Origin: Elusimicrobia bacterium RIFOXYA2_FULL_39_19
Lineage (GTDB): Bacteria; Elusimicrobiota; Endomicrobiia; CG1-02-37-114; XYA2-FULL-39-19
Length of the DNA: 64,000 bases
Reading direction: 5' to 3'
Assembly (NCBI GenBank): GCA_001800285.1
Contig: MGVC01000014.1
Span: 1,756-65,755, forward strand
Shown here: piece after piece, positions 1 to 12,900 of the stretch
Numbering within the stretch: the first letter of the stretch is position 1
Layout: each line of letters opens with the position of its first letter
Notes under the pieces: model-generated
What the model saw: only the letters and a program-made list of their open reading frames with translations
What the model was told of the DNA's origin: nothing
Databases searched by the model: none
Made by a program: the position numbers and the translations under genes

Positions 1-1119
1 TATGCCCAGCCTGCTTTCCACGCTTGCCTTGTAAGCGGCATCTGTTACTTCCGGGGACATATTTACGGTATCTGTGCTGTGCGCGCTTCTTGCATAGTCG
101 CATTTAAAGGTGGCGTATTTGAAGGACCCGATCATAAAATTAACACCCATTACCTTGTTCTGCAGGGGGTATACATCTGTGCCGGTATTAAGGATTGAAT
201 TTTTATCATCAGAGCTGGTAACGTAGTTAATGCTTACCGAATTATCATAAAAAATATCTATCTTTTCCTGGACTGCATAAACATACCTGGCAAAGTTGCC
301 GTTGGCTGTTATGGTACCGCTGGAATTTAGCGCCGCTTCTTTGGGGTCTACGCTTCTGGCGGCCACTATTGACGTTGTGGCAGGGCCTGTTCTTATAACC
401 GGCATTACGCCTCGCATACCGGCGTTGGACAGAGATAAAGCGCTGAAATTTGGCATTATGTCGCCGAAAGTAACATCAAACTTGCTGGAGCGGTAATCTA
501 AAATAAAGTTATATAAATCAAAGGTTTTTTCCGGAGTGTGGTAAGTATATACGTTGCAGACTACGCTTTTCTGATAAATGCTTCCCAGCACGTTTAAGCT
601 GATATTTCCCACATAATTTTTCCAGTTGTCTTTTGATTCGTTTTTATAAGCAATGGTTGCGTTGCCGCCAATCTGCACATCTTTGGGCGGTTTTACCTCC
701 GGGGCAATAACAGTAATAGGGGTTATGGTTAAGGGCTGGAAGTCGCTATAGGCAAGGCGCTGAGTGTTTTGAATATAGCTTACCTTATAATAATAGGCTC
801 CGCCGGCATTGGGAGGCACGTTGAAAGTTACAAAATCAAGAATGGTTCCGCCGGGCGCTACATCTTCTTTATTTTTTGCTTTATCTGATTTACCCAGATA
901 TACTTTATCTTTGTCATAAACTTCTACTTCCAGCTCACAGGTGCCGCTGCCCCAGGCAGTACCGCTTCTGTTGACAGTAATTACCTGAAAGGTTACTTTT
1001 TCACCGGCATTTACCGGATCCGGGGCGGGTACAATCAGCTGAAATTCAGCCAGGTCTGCCGCAAAAGCAAGAGAAACAACGGCTCCTACAATAAAGAAAG
1101 CGAACCCTAAAGTTCGCAT
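1..1119 (-). CDS. Secreted hypothetical protein, partial. The N-terminal signal peptide is in the window (MRTLGFAFFIVGAVVSLAFA); the C-terminus lies beyond the window start.
   Basis: Reverse frame is open from an ATG at 1117-1119 down to position 1; I checked every codon. The N-terminus has a hydrophobic signal-peptide-like segment. The ORF track omits it because it runs off the edge. Confidence 0.6.
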   Translation of the reverse strand, partial: MRTLGFAFFIVGAVVSLAFAADLAEFQLIVPAPDPVNAGEKVTFQVITVNRSGTAWGSGTCELEVEVYDKDKVYLGKSDKAKNKEDVAPGGTILDFVTFNVPPNAGGAYYYKVSYIQNTQRLAYSDFQPLTITPITVIAPEVKPPKDVQIGGNATIAYKNESKDNWKNYVGNISLNVLGSIYQKSVVCNVYTYHTPEKTFDLYNFILDYRSSKFDVTFGDIMPNFSALSLSNAGMRGVMPVIRTGPATTSIVAARSVDPKEAALNSSGTITANGNFARYVYAVQEKIDIFYDNSVSINYVTSSDDKNSILNTGTDVYPLQNKVMGVNFMIGSFKYATFKCDYARSAHSTDTVNMSPEVTDAAYKASVESRLGI

Positions 1120-1200
1120 TAAATTACTGCCTTTGTTCTCATAATTGTTTGTTTTCACAAGCAATATTCCCTGGCTTTCGGATTAAATAATCCTTTTATA

Positions 1201-1929
1201 TTACTTCTTGAATTTTAATTTAATTGTCTTTTCTTCGCCGGCATCTGTTTTTATTTTCATATTAAGCGTCTTTCTTTCTATTTTTATTTCTTCCTGCCAG
1301 CCTCGCTTTCCATCCATTTCATCTTTTTTCACTTCTTCGGGCTGGCCCGGGGCATTGCCACCGGTAGCTGTTGCCTGCTGGTTTTCTTTTACTTCCACTG
1401 AGCCGTATTCATTTTCAAACTGCACTATACCTTTTACTACCATTACGGTGGTATCTCCGTTTTCAGAGACATCCGTATCAAATTCCGTACCGCGCACGCT
1501 GACTACAGCCACGGGTGTTTTTACAGAAAACCTTAACCCGCCGCCTTTTTTTGCCCTTAAACTGCAGGTCCCCTGGCCTTTATTTATTCTTACCGTATCG
1601 GATTTGCCGGGCTCACTGATATCTATTGCAAATTCTGTATTCTGGTTTATTTTAACTTCTGCGCCGTTTGAAAACATGATAGCCGCTTTTGACTTTTTGG
1701 CTGTCCTTAACTTATCACCTTGATATAAAAACATGCCTGATTTTGCTCTCTCCCAAGTCGTTTTACCTTCTCGCTGAACTTCCATCTTACCCATAACCTG
1801 GGTAACCATAGCCGCCACATCTTTTTTAGCAGCATGAACGTCTGTAAGCAGGAAGTGGGAAGTAGTAAGTAGTAATAATAACAAAACAGTGATAAACGGG
1901 TTTAATTTATAATTTTTTAAAAAGTTCAT
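1201..1929 (-). CDS. FecR-domain protein. It has a signal peptide or membrane anchor and a beta-rich FecR-like core (..VAVVSVRGTEFDTDV..).
   Basis: 242-aa ORF with an N-terminal hydrophobic segment. The sequence pattern matches the FecR family (PF04773-like), which are anti-sigma / signal-transducer proteins. Confidence 0.65.
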   Translation of the reverse strand: MNFLKNYKLNPFITVLLLLLLTTSHFLLTDVHAAKKDVAAMVTQVMGKMEVQREGKTTWERAKSGMFLYQGDKLRTAKKSKAAIMFSNGAEVKINQNTEFAIDISEPGKSDTVRINKGQGTCSLRAKKGGGLRFSVKTPVAVVSVRGTEFDTDVSENGDTTVMVVKGIVQFENEYGSVEVKENQQATATGGNAPGQPEEVKKDEMDGKRGWQEEIKIERKTLNMKIKTDAGEEKTIKLKFKK

Positions 1930-2201
1930 GAATGCTCTCTCTTTGTATGATTTTTACTTGCGACTTGCGAATCACAACTTACAACTTACGTTTTTTATTT
2001 TTTTTCTTTTTTCTATTCCCTTATTTCCCTATGAACATTTCTTCTGAAAGACCTTTACAGTTAAACAACGCGAAGAAACATTTATGAAGAAAACCTCTTG
2101 GTGGCGACTTGGGCTAACTTGGAGCCACCAAAAGAGTGAGCTGCCGGCGAACGTTTTTCGGAAGAAATGTTTCTGAGCGGTGTGCGCAGAAATGTTCACC
2201 C

Positions 2202-3773
2202 CTACTCTTTTTCCTCTTCTACCGTATAACTCACAATAGTCGCTTTCTTGTCTTTGAGCATATAGAAAAGATCCTGTATATTGCCTGCAGGCTCTAATAC
2301 AATCTCTGTCAGATTAAACCCTTCAAACTGGTCAATCACTTTTTTATCTTTTATCAAATCCTTGGTAATATTTAGCATATCCTGCGGTGTAATATCTGCG
2401 CGCTTGGCTTCCTCTTTCTTTTCTTCCTGCTTTTTTTCTTCTTCTTTTGCCTTTAATTCCAGTTCAAAATCCGTATTCGGATAAGCCTTATGTTTGCTTA
2501 CTGTTACCGTAAGGGCTTCTGAATCCTTATAATCCGGGTGCGTTACTTTTATAGAATAATCGCCTAACGCCAGGTTTTCTATTTTATATTCCCCGCCGTT
2601 ATTGGTTTTAACTATTCCGCTGGCCGGCCCGCTGAACATAATGGTAGCTTCGGCTACTTTTTTGGTTTTGCTTCCTTTTTCTATTACGCTTCCCAATATT
2701 TTTGCTTTTTCCTTTATAGGAACTCTTATGACTTTGGTTAAAATATTGTTCTTTGGGTTATCATCAAAAATATTTAAAGTGGCGCTTACGGTAACTGCCT
2801 CACCGGTTAAGGACCCGCAGTTAAACACAACGGTTTTTGTATCACTGGCTTCTATGGTATTTATGCTTTGTGAAGGGACTATGTTGCCGCCTACTATCAC
2901 CAGGTCCAGGCTGGTATTGGACTCAGTTTTATTGCCGAGATTTTTAATTAAAACACCCAGCATTAAAGCATCTACGGTGGTTCTTTCATCAAGAATAATA
3001 TCTGAAACCGCCAAATCCGAAGACATAACAGTTGCATCTTTTATAGTAAAAGAAAACGGAGATCTGGTTTCTGCTACAACGCGGTCCATGGAATCCAGGC
3101 CGTCAACTTTCCAATAATAAACAGGCCCGCTTTTAAGCTTTGCCATCTGGTCAGAGGGGTCCCTGGGATATTCTATCTGGGTAGTATAGGATTCACTGGT
3201 CCACAAGGGACGGTAAAAAGAAGCATTATCACCTACATGTATTTTATACTTGGTGGCGCCGCTGCCGCTCCAGCTGAAAATTAACGGCTGGGCTAAAATG
3301 TCTCTGGCGCCGTCATAGGGATAGGTTAATGAGATATTGGAAGAAGTAATGTTAAACATGGCGGTATTTGAAACAGTAACACCTTCCGCAGTTATAGCTT
3401 CACCCTTAAACTTATAATTGCCGGGTTTTGTATAAAAAGACATAGGAATATTTCTAAGTTCCGTACCCCCCATGCCAATAGTTCCCGGCATAGAGTTGCC
3501 ATCCTGGTAAAATACCTGCGCGCCGTTGGGGTCATACACATAGAACTTGAAATTGACGGTGCTTGAAAATGTATCGTTATAGATAGCTATTTTAAAAGTG
3601 ATGGTTTCGGTGTTTGAATAGGTGGTTCTCTGCATAAACGCGGAATCCAGCGTTTGTACGGCAGTAATGGATACGGCTCCTGCTGATGCCGCAAACATAA
3701 AACAAATTGCAACAGTTAATAATATGCTTAGTTTATTTTTTATTCCCATACTCTCTCTCTTATCTTTTTTCAA
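2202..3773 (-). CDS. Secreted protein with a carboxypeptidase-regulatory-like (CarboxypepD_reg) beta-sandwich domain and a Lys/Glu-rich C-terminal region.
   Basis: 523-aa ORF with a signal peptide (alternative start at M9, MGIKNKLSILLTVAICFMFAASAGA). It carries the motif GGEYKIENLALGDYSIKVTHPDYKDSEALTVTV typical of CarboxypepD_reg domains, then a KEEEKKQEEKKEEAKR low-complexity segment. Confidence 0.6.
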   Translation of the reverse strand: MKKDKRESMGIKNKLSILLTVAICFMFAASAGAVSITAVQTLDSAFMQRTTYSNTETITFKIAIYNDTFSSTVNFKFYVYDPNGAQVFYQDGNSMPGTIGMGGTELRNIPMSFYTKPGNYKFKGEAITAEGVTVSNTAMFNITSSNISLTYPYDGARDILAQPLIFSWSGSGATKYKIHVGDNASFYRPLWTSESYTTQIEYPRDPSDQMAKLKSGPVYYWKVDGLDSMDRVVAETRSPFSFTIKDATVMSSDLAVSDIILDERTTVDALMLGVLIKNLGNKTESNTSLDLVIVGGNIVPSQSINTIEASDTKTVVFNCGSLTGEAVTVSATLNIFDDNPKNNILTKVIRVPIKEKAKILGSVIEKGSKTKKVAEATIMFSGPASGIVKTNNGGEYKIENLALGDYSIKVTHPDYKDSEALTVTVSKHKAYPNTDFELELKAKEEEKKQEEKKEEAKRADITPQDMLNITKDLIKDKKVIDQFEGFNLTEIVLEPAGNIQDLFYMLKDKKATIVSYTVEEEKE

Positions 3774-3909
3774 TAACGGGCATAAGACCCGTCTTGCTTA
3801 ATTGCTATATTAAGTTTATAAGATTATAAGTTGATAGGTTGATATGGTAATATTTGTTTTCTGTCCGTTCTTATCAACTTATCAACATATCAACCATTTA
3901 TCATCTATA

Positions 3910-6900
3910 CTATTTGATTATAGCAAATTTGCCTATAAACCTGGCTTTCTCGCCGTTGGCATTATCTTTCACTTCAAGAATAAACAGGTAAACTCCGCTG
4001 GCCGCCAGGTCTCCTGCGTCATTTCTGCAATTCCATACATATTTACGGTTGGCATTGGTTTCTATGATAACATCTATTTCAGCATCGTTTATAGTTTTTA
4101 CAAGTTCGCCGGCAATGGTGTATACCTTTATTTGTGATTCCGGCACATTATAACCGGTGTAATACTTTAAGGTTAGGCTTCCTATAGTGCTGGGGTTAGG
4201 ATAAGAAATAGTTTTGCCGTCTAATATTCCCTGGAATGAAAGTGTTATAGAAACACGCTGGCCCTCTTTTACATCCAGGACTTTCATAGTGCTGTAAACA
4301 ACTCCGTTATAACCCTTCACCACATATTTACCGGGCAGAAGATTCGGAATTTCATATTTGCCGCTGTTATCTATGGGAATACGCAGTGTTGTGCCGGGGC
4401 CGTCTTTTAAGTGGTAAATTTCCACATAACCTATGCCGTTACCCGGTACCAGCGCTTTTGCGCGGAATTTATAATCGCTGAATTTTGCTGCGCTCATGGC
4501 AGATAGTTTGCCGGTTGCTTTATAACCCGCCATCTGGCCGGATATGGTAGCAAGTTCATAATCTATTTCCAGGGTAAAGTTAACGCTCTTGGTGCCTGTT
4601 TTAACTTCTCTGTACACCAGGGATACTTTTTCTCCCTCATACAGAGACACCCTGATGATGTAAGTTGTATTTTCTGTTAAACCCGTGAAGTTATAAGTAC
4701 CGTCCGTATAAGTATAAACTTTTTTTACTACGGTATCATTTAACAGGGCTTCACACGGAATAGTGGAAAGAGGCGTGCCGTCTTTCTGCGTAACTTTTCC
4801 TAATATTGTATCCGGTGCTATGATTTCATAAGGAAGCGCTTTTTCCGGGCCGATATGGCCTGATTCATAATCCGCTGTATCTACTGCTGTTACCTTATAA
4901 TAGTAGGTTACGCCGTTTTCCAGGTTATCGGTATCGGTAATGCCTGCTACAGTAACAGTTCTTATTTTTTCATAGGCATTCTGCGTGCCGTCCGCTGAAA
5001 CACTGGAACGGTAAACAAAATATTTACTGAAAGATACCGTGTTGCTCATGGTCCAGGTAAGCACAGCCTGTTTGTCGCTGGCTGTTACCGCAAGGGAAGC
5101 AGGATTGAACATTATATGCACATCATCAAACTGGGCATAAGTGGCATTGGCATACAAGCCCACATACCCGCCGGTATAATCATTGCTTACGGTTTCTTCG
5201 CAGACAAGCGTGTAGGTTACGCCGTCAGCAGACATATAAACTCTCTTGGTTGTGCCTGAAGTGTATACTTTTACATAATACCAGGTGCCGTTTGAAATAT
5301 TATAAGTTCCCTGGGAAAGCTGTGTGCCGCTTAAAGTTTTTAAAGTAAAGGTAAAGGTTGAGCCTTCATTGCTGAATTTATAACCCTGGGTGCCGTCTGC
5401 ACGGAAGACTACGCCGGCATCCAGCCCTTCTACCATTTTCATTTTTGTATAATAGGTAAAATCAGTATAAGTGCGCGTGGTAAGCAGGCTTACTTTATTT
5501 CCCGCCCTGGTATCCTGCTGGCTATAAACAGTGTTGCCGGCAGAACCTTCTTCAAGCGCCCAGACACCCGAATTCTGCTGCCAGATGCCGCCGGTAGTAT
5601 TTACGCCGCTGACCATTCTTAAATCATCAACAATAACAGAAGCTGTTTTTCCCGGCATGGATACCGCATCAATGTGGACAGCTACTACATTATTCCAGAA
5701 GAAGGTGCCTGCCTTTGCGCCGTCTGCGCGGGTAATATTTACTTTATTCCAGCCGGTAGTGAGATTATTTATGGTATATTCAATTCTGTTTGCAAAATCC
5801 GCAGTATAGCCGAATACAAGTTTTATATAAGACAGGTTGTTCTGGTCATCTACGTTTATCCATAATGACAAGCCGTCACTGTCGTTAAGTTTTGAGTAAG
5901 TCATACCGGTCACAAAGTTAAAGGTGCTGGCAACTACAGCTGAGTTCATGGAAGTCAGCAACAGTGCAGAAGAGCCTTCCTTATAACCCGTTGATACGCT
6001 TACCGCGCCTACCCAGGTTTCTGAAGCTTCAAATCTGGTAATGGTGCTGTAATACTGGTTATATTCTGAGAAGGTTATATGCACGCTTCCTGCGGTAAAT
6101 AGCATTACCGGGCAGCCGTTAACTTCGCTGGAAGCGGAACTTTCATAATTGGTGTTATCAATGGCGGTTAACTGATAATAATAGGTAGTATTGTTTGCCA
6201 CTGATTTATCCTGATAACTTACGCTTGGATTTAAAATGGTGGCAATGTAACTCTTTGATGCCAGGTTTCCGCTGGCAATGCTTCTGTATAATTTGTACGC
6301 CTTTATATCCGGCTCAGAGCTTGTCAGCCAGGAAAGGTTTAACTGCCCGCCTTCCGGCTGAACGGTAAGCTGTAAACTTGCCGGTGCTGCAGGCGCCAGA
6401 TTTCTGGCATAAGTGGTTGCGGCATTTGAAATATCGCTGTAGTTGCCGTAATCATCAACAGCCCATATTCTAAAGTAATAGGTAGCATCCGGATATAAGC
6501 CCGCTAATTTATAGGCCATTGTTGTGCCGGATGAAATACCGGCAGTGGAAATTGTTATCTGGGCATTGGTATAAGCCCAACCCACGGAGGCAGAGGTGGC
6601 GTACGCTATACGGAAAGCTCCGTTAAAAATTCCTGAAACATCATCATCACCCGTTGAATTCCAGGAAAGCAGTATTTCGCCTTCACTGTCTCCCGTGTTA
6701 GCAGAAAGCGTGGTAATAGCCGCAGGGCTGACTTTATCTGCAGTATCAATAACGAATTTTATTTCCTGAGAACTGAATGTGGTTAAACCAGAATTATCTA
6801 CTGCCGCAACTTTCCAGTAATAGGTGTTATCAGAAAGGAAAGCAAAATTATAAATTGAAGGGACAAGCCCTGTGACCGTCATAGTATTTGCAAAAGTTAT

Positions 6901-9900
6901 ATAGGTTGAATAATAAATTGAATAAGTTAAGCTGGCACCGAGGTCCGCATCAGAAGAATCCTGCCAGTCAAGTGTAATAGTGGTGGTACCATTTATTACA
7001 CCGTCAGCCGGTGACAATAGATTAAATGCCGCCGGCGCATTTGGCACTGTATCTACCGTGAAAGCGCCCATGAAAGTGCTCGTGCTGGACAAAGTTGAAC
7101 CGCCCGTAGCATAGGACCTTATTCTCCAGTAATAGGAAGCGTTATCCATAAGCGGTGTCGCTAATGTATAACCTGTTGTACCAGTAATTCCTGAAACAAA
7201 ACTGTACCCGCCAAATCCTGAGTCTGTGGTATATTGCACTTCATAACTTACCGGGTCTGCTTCCGGGTCTGTGGCAGCAGTCCAGTTAAAATAAGGATTT
7301 AACGTGGTTACTACCGTAGAAGCTACCGGATAAATCAAGTTAACCGCTGTCGGCGGGCCATTGGGCACTCTGTCTGTTATTATTGAAATAGTGCTGTTGA
7401 AATTCGTAAATATGCTGTCAGTATTCTGCGCTCTTACCTTAATATAATAAGTTGTGCCCTGAGTAAGAGTGGTTATAGTTGAAGTGGTGCCGGCAGTCAG
7501 TGTGCCAAGTGTTGTTGTGGCAAAGGAGGTATCTGTGGCTCTGGCTACCTGATAGTTTGTGCCTGCCGGGTTTGTATCTCCCCAGGTTATTGTGGTACTT
7601 GATAGGCCCACCATAACCATAGCTGCAGAACCCGGAACTTCGGCCATGGAGTATTTAGTTAATGCTGTAGAATTTGCAGTACCTGACGGATTATAAGCCT
7701 GCACATAAACGTTTGAAGATGAATTTACAGAAAGCCCTGTCATTATCCAATAAGTTACACTGGCAGCTAAGTCACCGCTTAAATTTGCATTATCCGCATC
7801 GCTTCTTACACGGTGGCCGAAAGCAAACGTGCCAGGTACCCAGCTCCACTGAATTGAATTAGTAGATAAAGGTGTACCGGATAATGTTGGAGCAAGCGGC
7901 GCAGGCAAAATAGTCAGCGTTGAAATAACGCTGTCAAAGTTTGTCGGCTGGCTGTTTTCAGAGTAAGCACAGACCTTGTAGTAATAAGTTGTGTAAATTG
8001 TCAGTCCGGTATCTGTGTAATTTGTGCCGGTTAGGCCGTTAGAGAAATCTCTTACGGTAACGGTGGTGGCCCACACGCTGTCTGATGAACGGAGGATGCC
8101 GTATTTGGTGTAGGATGGGTTTTGGTTATTGCTCCAATTTACTGTGATGCTGTATGATGTTACATTGTTTACATACGAACCTGACGGGAAATTAGCCAGG
8201 GTCATATTATAGGCAGGCAAACCGCTTGAAACACTGGCAGCAGTACGGCTGATAACAGTAACTCTTCCGTAGTATGTAGTGTTAGGCGTAAGGTTTATTA
8301 TTTGCTTTTGTGCTGTATCTGACTTCACGCTTTCAGAACTTCCTTGAATTGAAGAAAAAGCCGCCTGGCTTGACACTTCAAAAACATATCTTGTATCGGC
8401 CGGATTTGAGGTAGCATCAGATGACCAGTCAGCAATAAGCGAAGATTGAGTGACTGTACCCCAGTTTAAACCATTGGGAGATTCCGGAAGAGTAGCATTC
8501 CATGGCTGAGCTGCATAACCTACGGTTTGCAGGCCAACACGGTTTCCTGCAAGAATTCTTATATAGTATGTCGTGTTTGGGTTCAAGCTTCCAAGAGTAC
8601 CTGAAGCATCAGATCTCAATCTGGACTGCTGGCTGGTTATAGTTGAAAAATCGCTGGAAGTTGCTGCCTGCACTACATAAGGCGTATCTGCCGGGTTATC
8701 AGGCACTGAGGCAACCCAGATAATTTCTATTGAATTACTCAATACTGTTCCATAACCGGTTGAATTCGGAGTGTTGCAAAGGGTAACTTTGGTTGTCAAA
8801 TCAATATATTGACTGTCAATGCTATTGCCATTTCTTGCCATAACCTGGAAGTAATAAGTTGTATTTGGGTCAAGATTCCAGAATTCTGCATAAATATTCT
8901 TCGTGTCGGATGAAACAAATACCGGCCCGGCTGTGCTGACGGATGAACATTCCACAACATAATCTGTGCCATTTGCATTGCCATTCTGGGTCCAATCTGC
9001 CTGTATATAGTTATTCCCCACGCTGGAGAAAACAGCAAACCCGGGCACTGTTGCCAGTGCGTACTTTAACTGCGGGCCGGACGGTGCTGAACCTTCAGCA
9101 TTAAAGGATTCTACATAAACATTTGTTGATATGTTTGCGCTTAAGCCCTGCTGGTTCCACCAGGTGGTAGAGGCACTTAAATCACCGCTTAAGTTTGCAT
9201 CACCTGTAAAACTTCTGATTCTGTAACCATCTGCAAAGGATACCGTGTTCCAGTTCCACATAATTATATTTGTTGAAAGAGCTGTTCCGGTTAAACCTGC
9301 CGGAGCGTCTAAGGACCCCATCTTTGTTCTTGTGGAAACCACAACATCCGGCACGGTAACTGCACCTGTTTCATTATAAGCACTCACTCTGTAATAATAG
9401 CTGGAGTCGCTTAACAGCAATGAATCTGCATAAGAATAAGTAACCCAGTTGCTGGCAAAATTAAGAAGCGTTACTGAAGTAGCAAAATTGTCAGTAGATC
9501 TTTCCAGGGCAAATTTGGTATACCCCGGATTTGTATTATCTGACCAGTTAACAGTGATAGTAGTTGATGTAACTGCATTTAAGTACGAAGAAACCGGCGG
9601 CTGTGCAAAAGTAAGTTTTGCTATTGAGCTTGTATATTGTGTTTCGTTGCTTAAAGAATCCTTTACTTTTACTCTCAGCCAGTAAGTAGTGTTTGGAGTA
9701 AGAGTTGTAAATGTAGCGCTTGAGGTCCAGCCTTCGTTGAAATTACCCCAGGTAATATTATCCGTTGAAAGCTGTAAATAATAAGGCGTGCCTGCAAGGC
9801 CCAACAGTTCATCATTTGCGCTTAAGTTTGCCTGCAACACCGTTATGGAAGTTACATAAATATTATTTGTATCAAAGGTTAAGTTAACCGGCGGCACGGT

Positions 9901-12900
9901 ATCTACCAGCAGGCTGAAAGTGGATGAAAATGCGGAATAATTGCTTAAGGAATCTTTAGAACGTACTTTCCAGAAATATCCTTTTGAACCCATATTTAAA
10001 AGAGTTACTGCTGATATCGCCGGTACAGAGCTGTAGGAAATAGCGCCGAAGTCCGCAGAAGTAGAAACCAGCAATTCATATTCAGCTATGCCTGCTATAT
10101 CGCTTGAGTCAGACCAGTCAAAAGATACGTTGCCCAGGTTTACCGCGCTGGTGTCTGTTGGAGTTAATAATGACGGCACGGAAGTATTTGTGTTGTCATA
10201 GGTAAAGGTGAATGTTGAATAAATGTCTGACCAGTTTGTGCTTGAATCCTGAGATTTTGCAATTACCGTGTAAGAAGAATCGCTTACCCAGGCAGGAACA
10301 GGATTGTAAGTCCAGGTAGGATTTGTAAATACAGTTACGCCGTTCCAGGCAGGGCCCGCGGTAAATGTTGAACCATTCCACTCATTGTTATCTGAAAGTC
10401 TGATTATTCTTACCTGCACGGTTGAAACTTCTATGTTATCATCTGCGGTGCCTGTTATGCTGGCAAGCGCGCTGTAAAATGCCAGCGACGGTTTTGTAAC
10501 ACCAACCGTAGGCGCAACATAATCCGGCGCGTTACTGGTATAAGATGAAGCGGTAGTATCAAAGATAGTAGGTGTGCCTGTTTCATTATAAGCACAGACT
10601 TTATAATAATAAGTATTGCCGGATGAAAGGCCCGTATCTATGTAGTTGTTTACCTGCAGGCTGTCAGTAAAGGTTTTAATTGTGGTGGTGCTGGTAAAGT
10701 TATCCACGGACCTTAAAATACCGTAACGGGTATAGTCAGGGTTGGAATTTTTTAACCAGTTTATTCTTAAGGTTGATGAAGTGATATTGTCTATATAAGT
10801 GCTTAACGGCTGGTTTGCATAAGTTATGTTTGCCACCGGCGCCGGTGAAGCGACGCCTGTTGAATTTTCCCAGTTAACAGCCCAGATTCTACCGTAATAA
10901 GTTGTGTTTGGTGTCAGGTTTGCTACCACTGCATTACCGGCACCTTTTACTGTAGAGCTTGTGAAATATGGGGCCGACATACTGCTTGAAGTTGAAACCA
11001 CAGCGGTATAAACAGTATTGGCAGGATTTGTTGCAGTGTCACCCGACCAATCAAGCTGTAATGATGTTGGCGTAATACCAGTCCAATTTATATTGTTTGC
11101 AAGTTCAGCATTTGTTACTTTTACACCAAGATTATAAATTTCATCTTTTCCGGCATGGTTTCTGGCTATCAATCTGCCATAGTAAGTTGTGTTAGGAATA
11201 AGAGGGCTAATGTTTGCTGTGCCATTTTGAATATTCGTAAATGAAGAACCATCTATTGAAGAAAAATCATTTGCCAGAGAAATCTGCGCAATGTAAACTG
11301 TATTCTCAGGATTATTGGTTGTATCTGACCAATTTATATCAAGGTATGTGTCTCCGGGCCCATAGGTAACGCCGGCCGGAACAGCACAGTAAGTTACACT
11401 GGTAACAGGTAAAGTATAAACCGCATCTTCAAGTTCGCGGTTTCTGGCAATAAGCCTGCCGTAATATGTTGTATTGGCTGTTAGAGAATCCAGAGTAACC
11501 GCGCCTGTTTCTTTGGTTGTCTGGGATGAAATGACAATGGTTGTGAAATCTGTTGCTGTTGAAATCTGCGGTATATAAGTTGTATCAGCCGGATTACCGG
11601 AAGAATCTGACCACCAGTCAATATCTAATGAATCCAGAGACTGGTAAGACCAAATTATGTTTACCGGCGTGTTGCAGTTTGTTGCTTTCCAGTCTGGTGA
11701 CGGCTGGACTGAATTTTTGATATGGAATCTATTAATTGCGGCAACAATAACATAATAAGTTGTATTAGGTGACAAACCGGTAATTTCTGCATTACCTGCA
11801 GATCTTACTGTTTCACTGGTATAAACTGTTATAAAATCAGGAGTGCTTGATACTTTCAATTGATATGTAGTATCTGAAGGATTATCAGGTGTTGAGGCAC
11901 CCCAGCTTACCTGCATAGTTGTTGAAGTAACTGTACCATAAGTTACGCTTGCCGGCTGACTGCAATAGGTAACCGTTGAAACTTCTGAATTAAAAGTACT
12001 GTATCCGCCCCTTACATTCTTTGCGCGTACCTGATAATAATATGTTGTATTAGGATCAAGGGTATTATGTGTTACAGGGCCCGCGCCAATTCCGGATGAA
12101 ATCAAACCATAAGATAAATTATCACCGGTTGAAGCAAAAACTTCATACTCTGTCCATACCTGGTTTGACTGTCCCCACGAAACACCGGCACTGCTAATTC
12201 CAATAGAAACTACATTTAAAGTTCCCGGAACATTAACTGCGGTTGCAGTATCAATATTTGCAGCATAATTTGAATAAACATTATCACCGTTTCTTGCCCT
12301 GATACGGTAATAATATGATGTATCGGGATTTAGTGTATTATGCACCACATTGGCAGTCCAGACATTTTCATAAATTATTCCCCAGGAATAGTCAACCATT
12401 GTTGAAACTTCTACGCAATAAAATGTTCCTGCAGAATTGTTGTCTGAACCAAAATCTACCTGAATATTGTCCGTTCCAATACTCCCGAAAGAAATCGGGT
12501 TAGGCATATCAGCCAATGTATACTTTGAGTAACTACCGGAAGCTGAAGAGCCCATAACATTGAAAGATTCGATGTATATGCTGGTTGAAATATTCGCAGT
12601 AAAACCTGTTTGGTCCCAGTAAGTTACGTTTTGCGCCAGGTCACCGCTTAAATTAACATCATCACCTGAACTTTTTACTCTGTGCCCGTCAGCATTAGTA
12701 CCTTTTGTCCAATTCCACTGAATTGAATTGACAGTTGCAATAGCAGAAATGCCTGCAGGTGCATCCGGAGCCAGCGGAATTGTAAGAGTTGAAACAGTAA
12801 TATCATAAGCAGTTATAATACCACTTTCATTGTAAGCACAAATCTTATAGAAGTAGGAAGTATCTATTTGAAGAGAGGAATCCGTATAAGAGTTTGTATT

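Noticed and set aside
1208-3117. Plus-strand ORFs (171 aa at 1208..1723 and 2602..3117; 67 aa at 2281..2484) antisense to the FecR and CarboxypepD_reg genes.
   Set aside because: They lie entirely inside stronger minus-strand genes with recognisable domains. Their low-complexity Ser/Phe/Leu-rich translations are typical of antisense frames.
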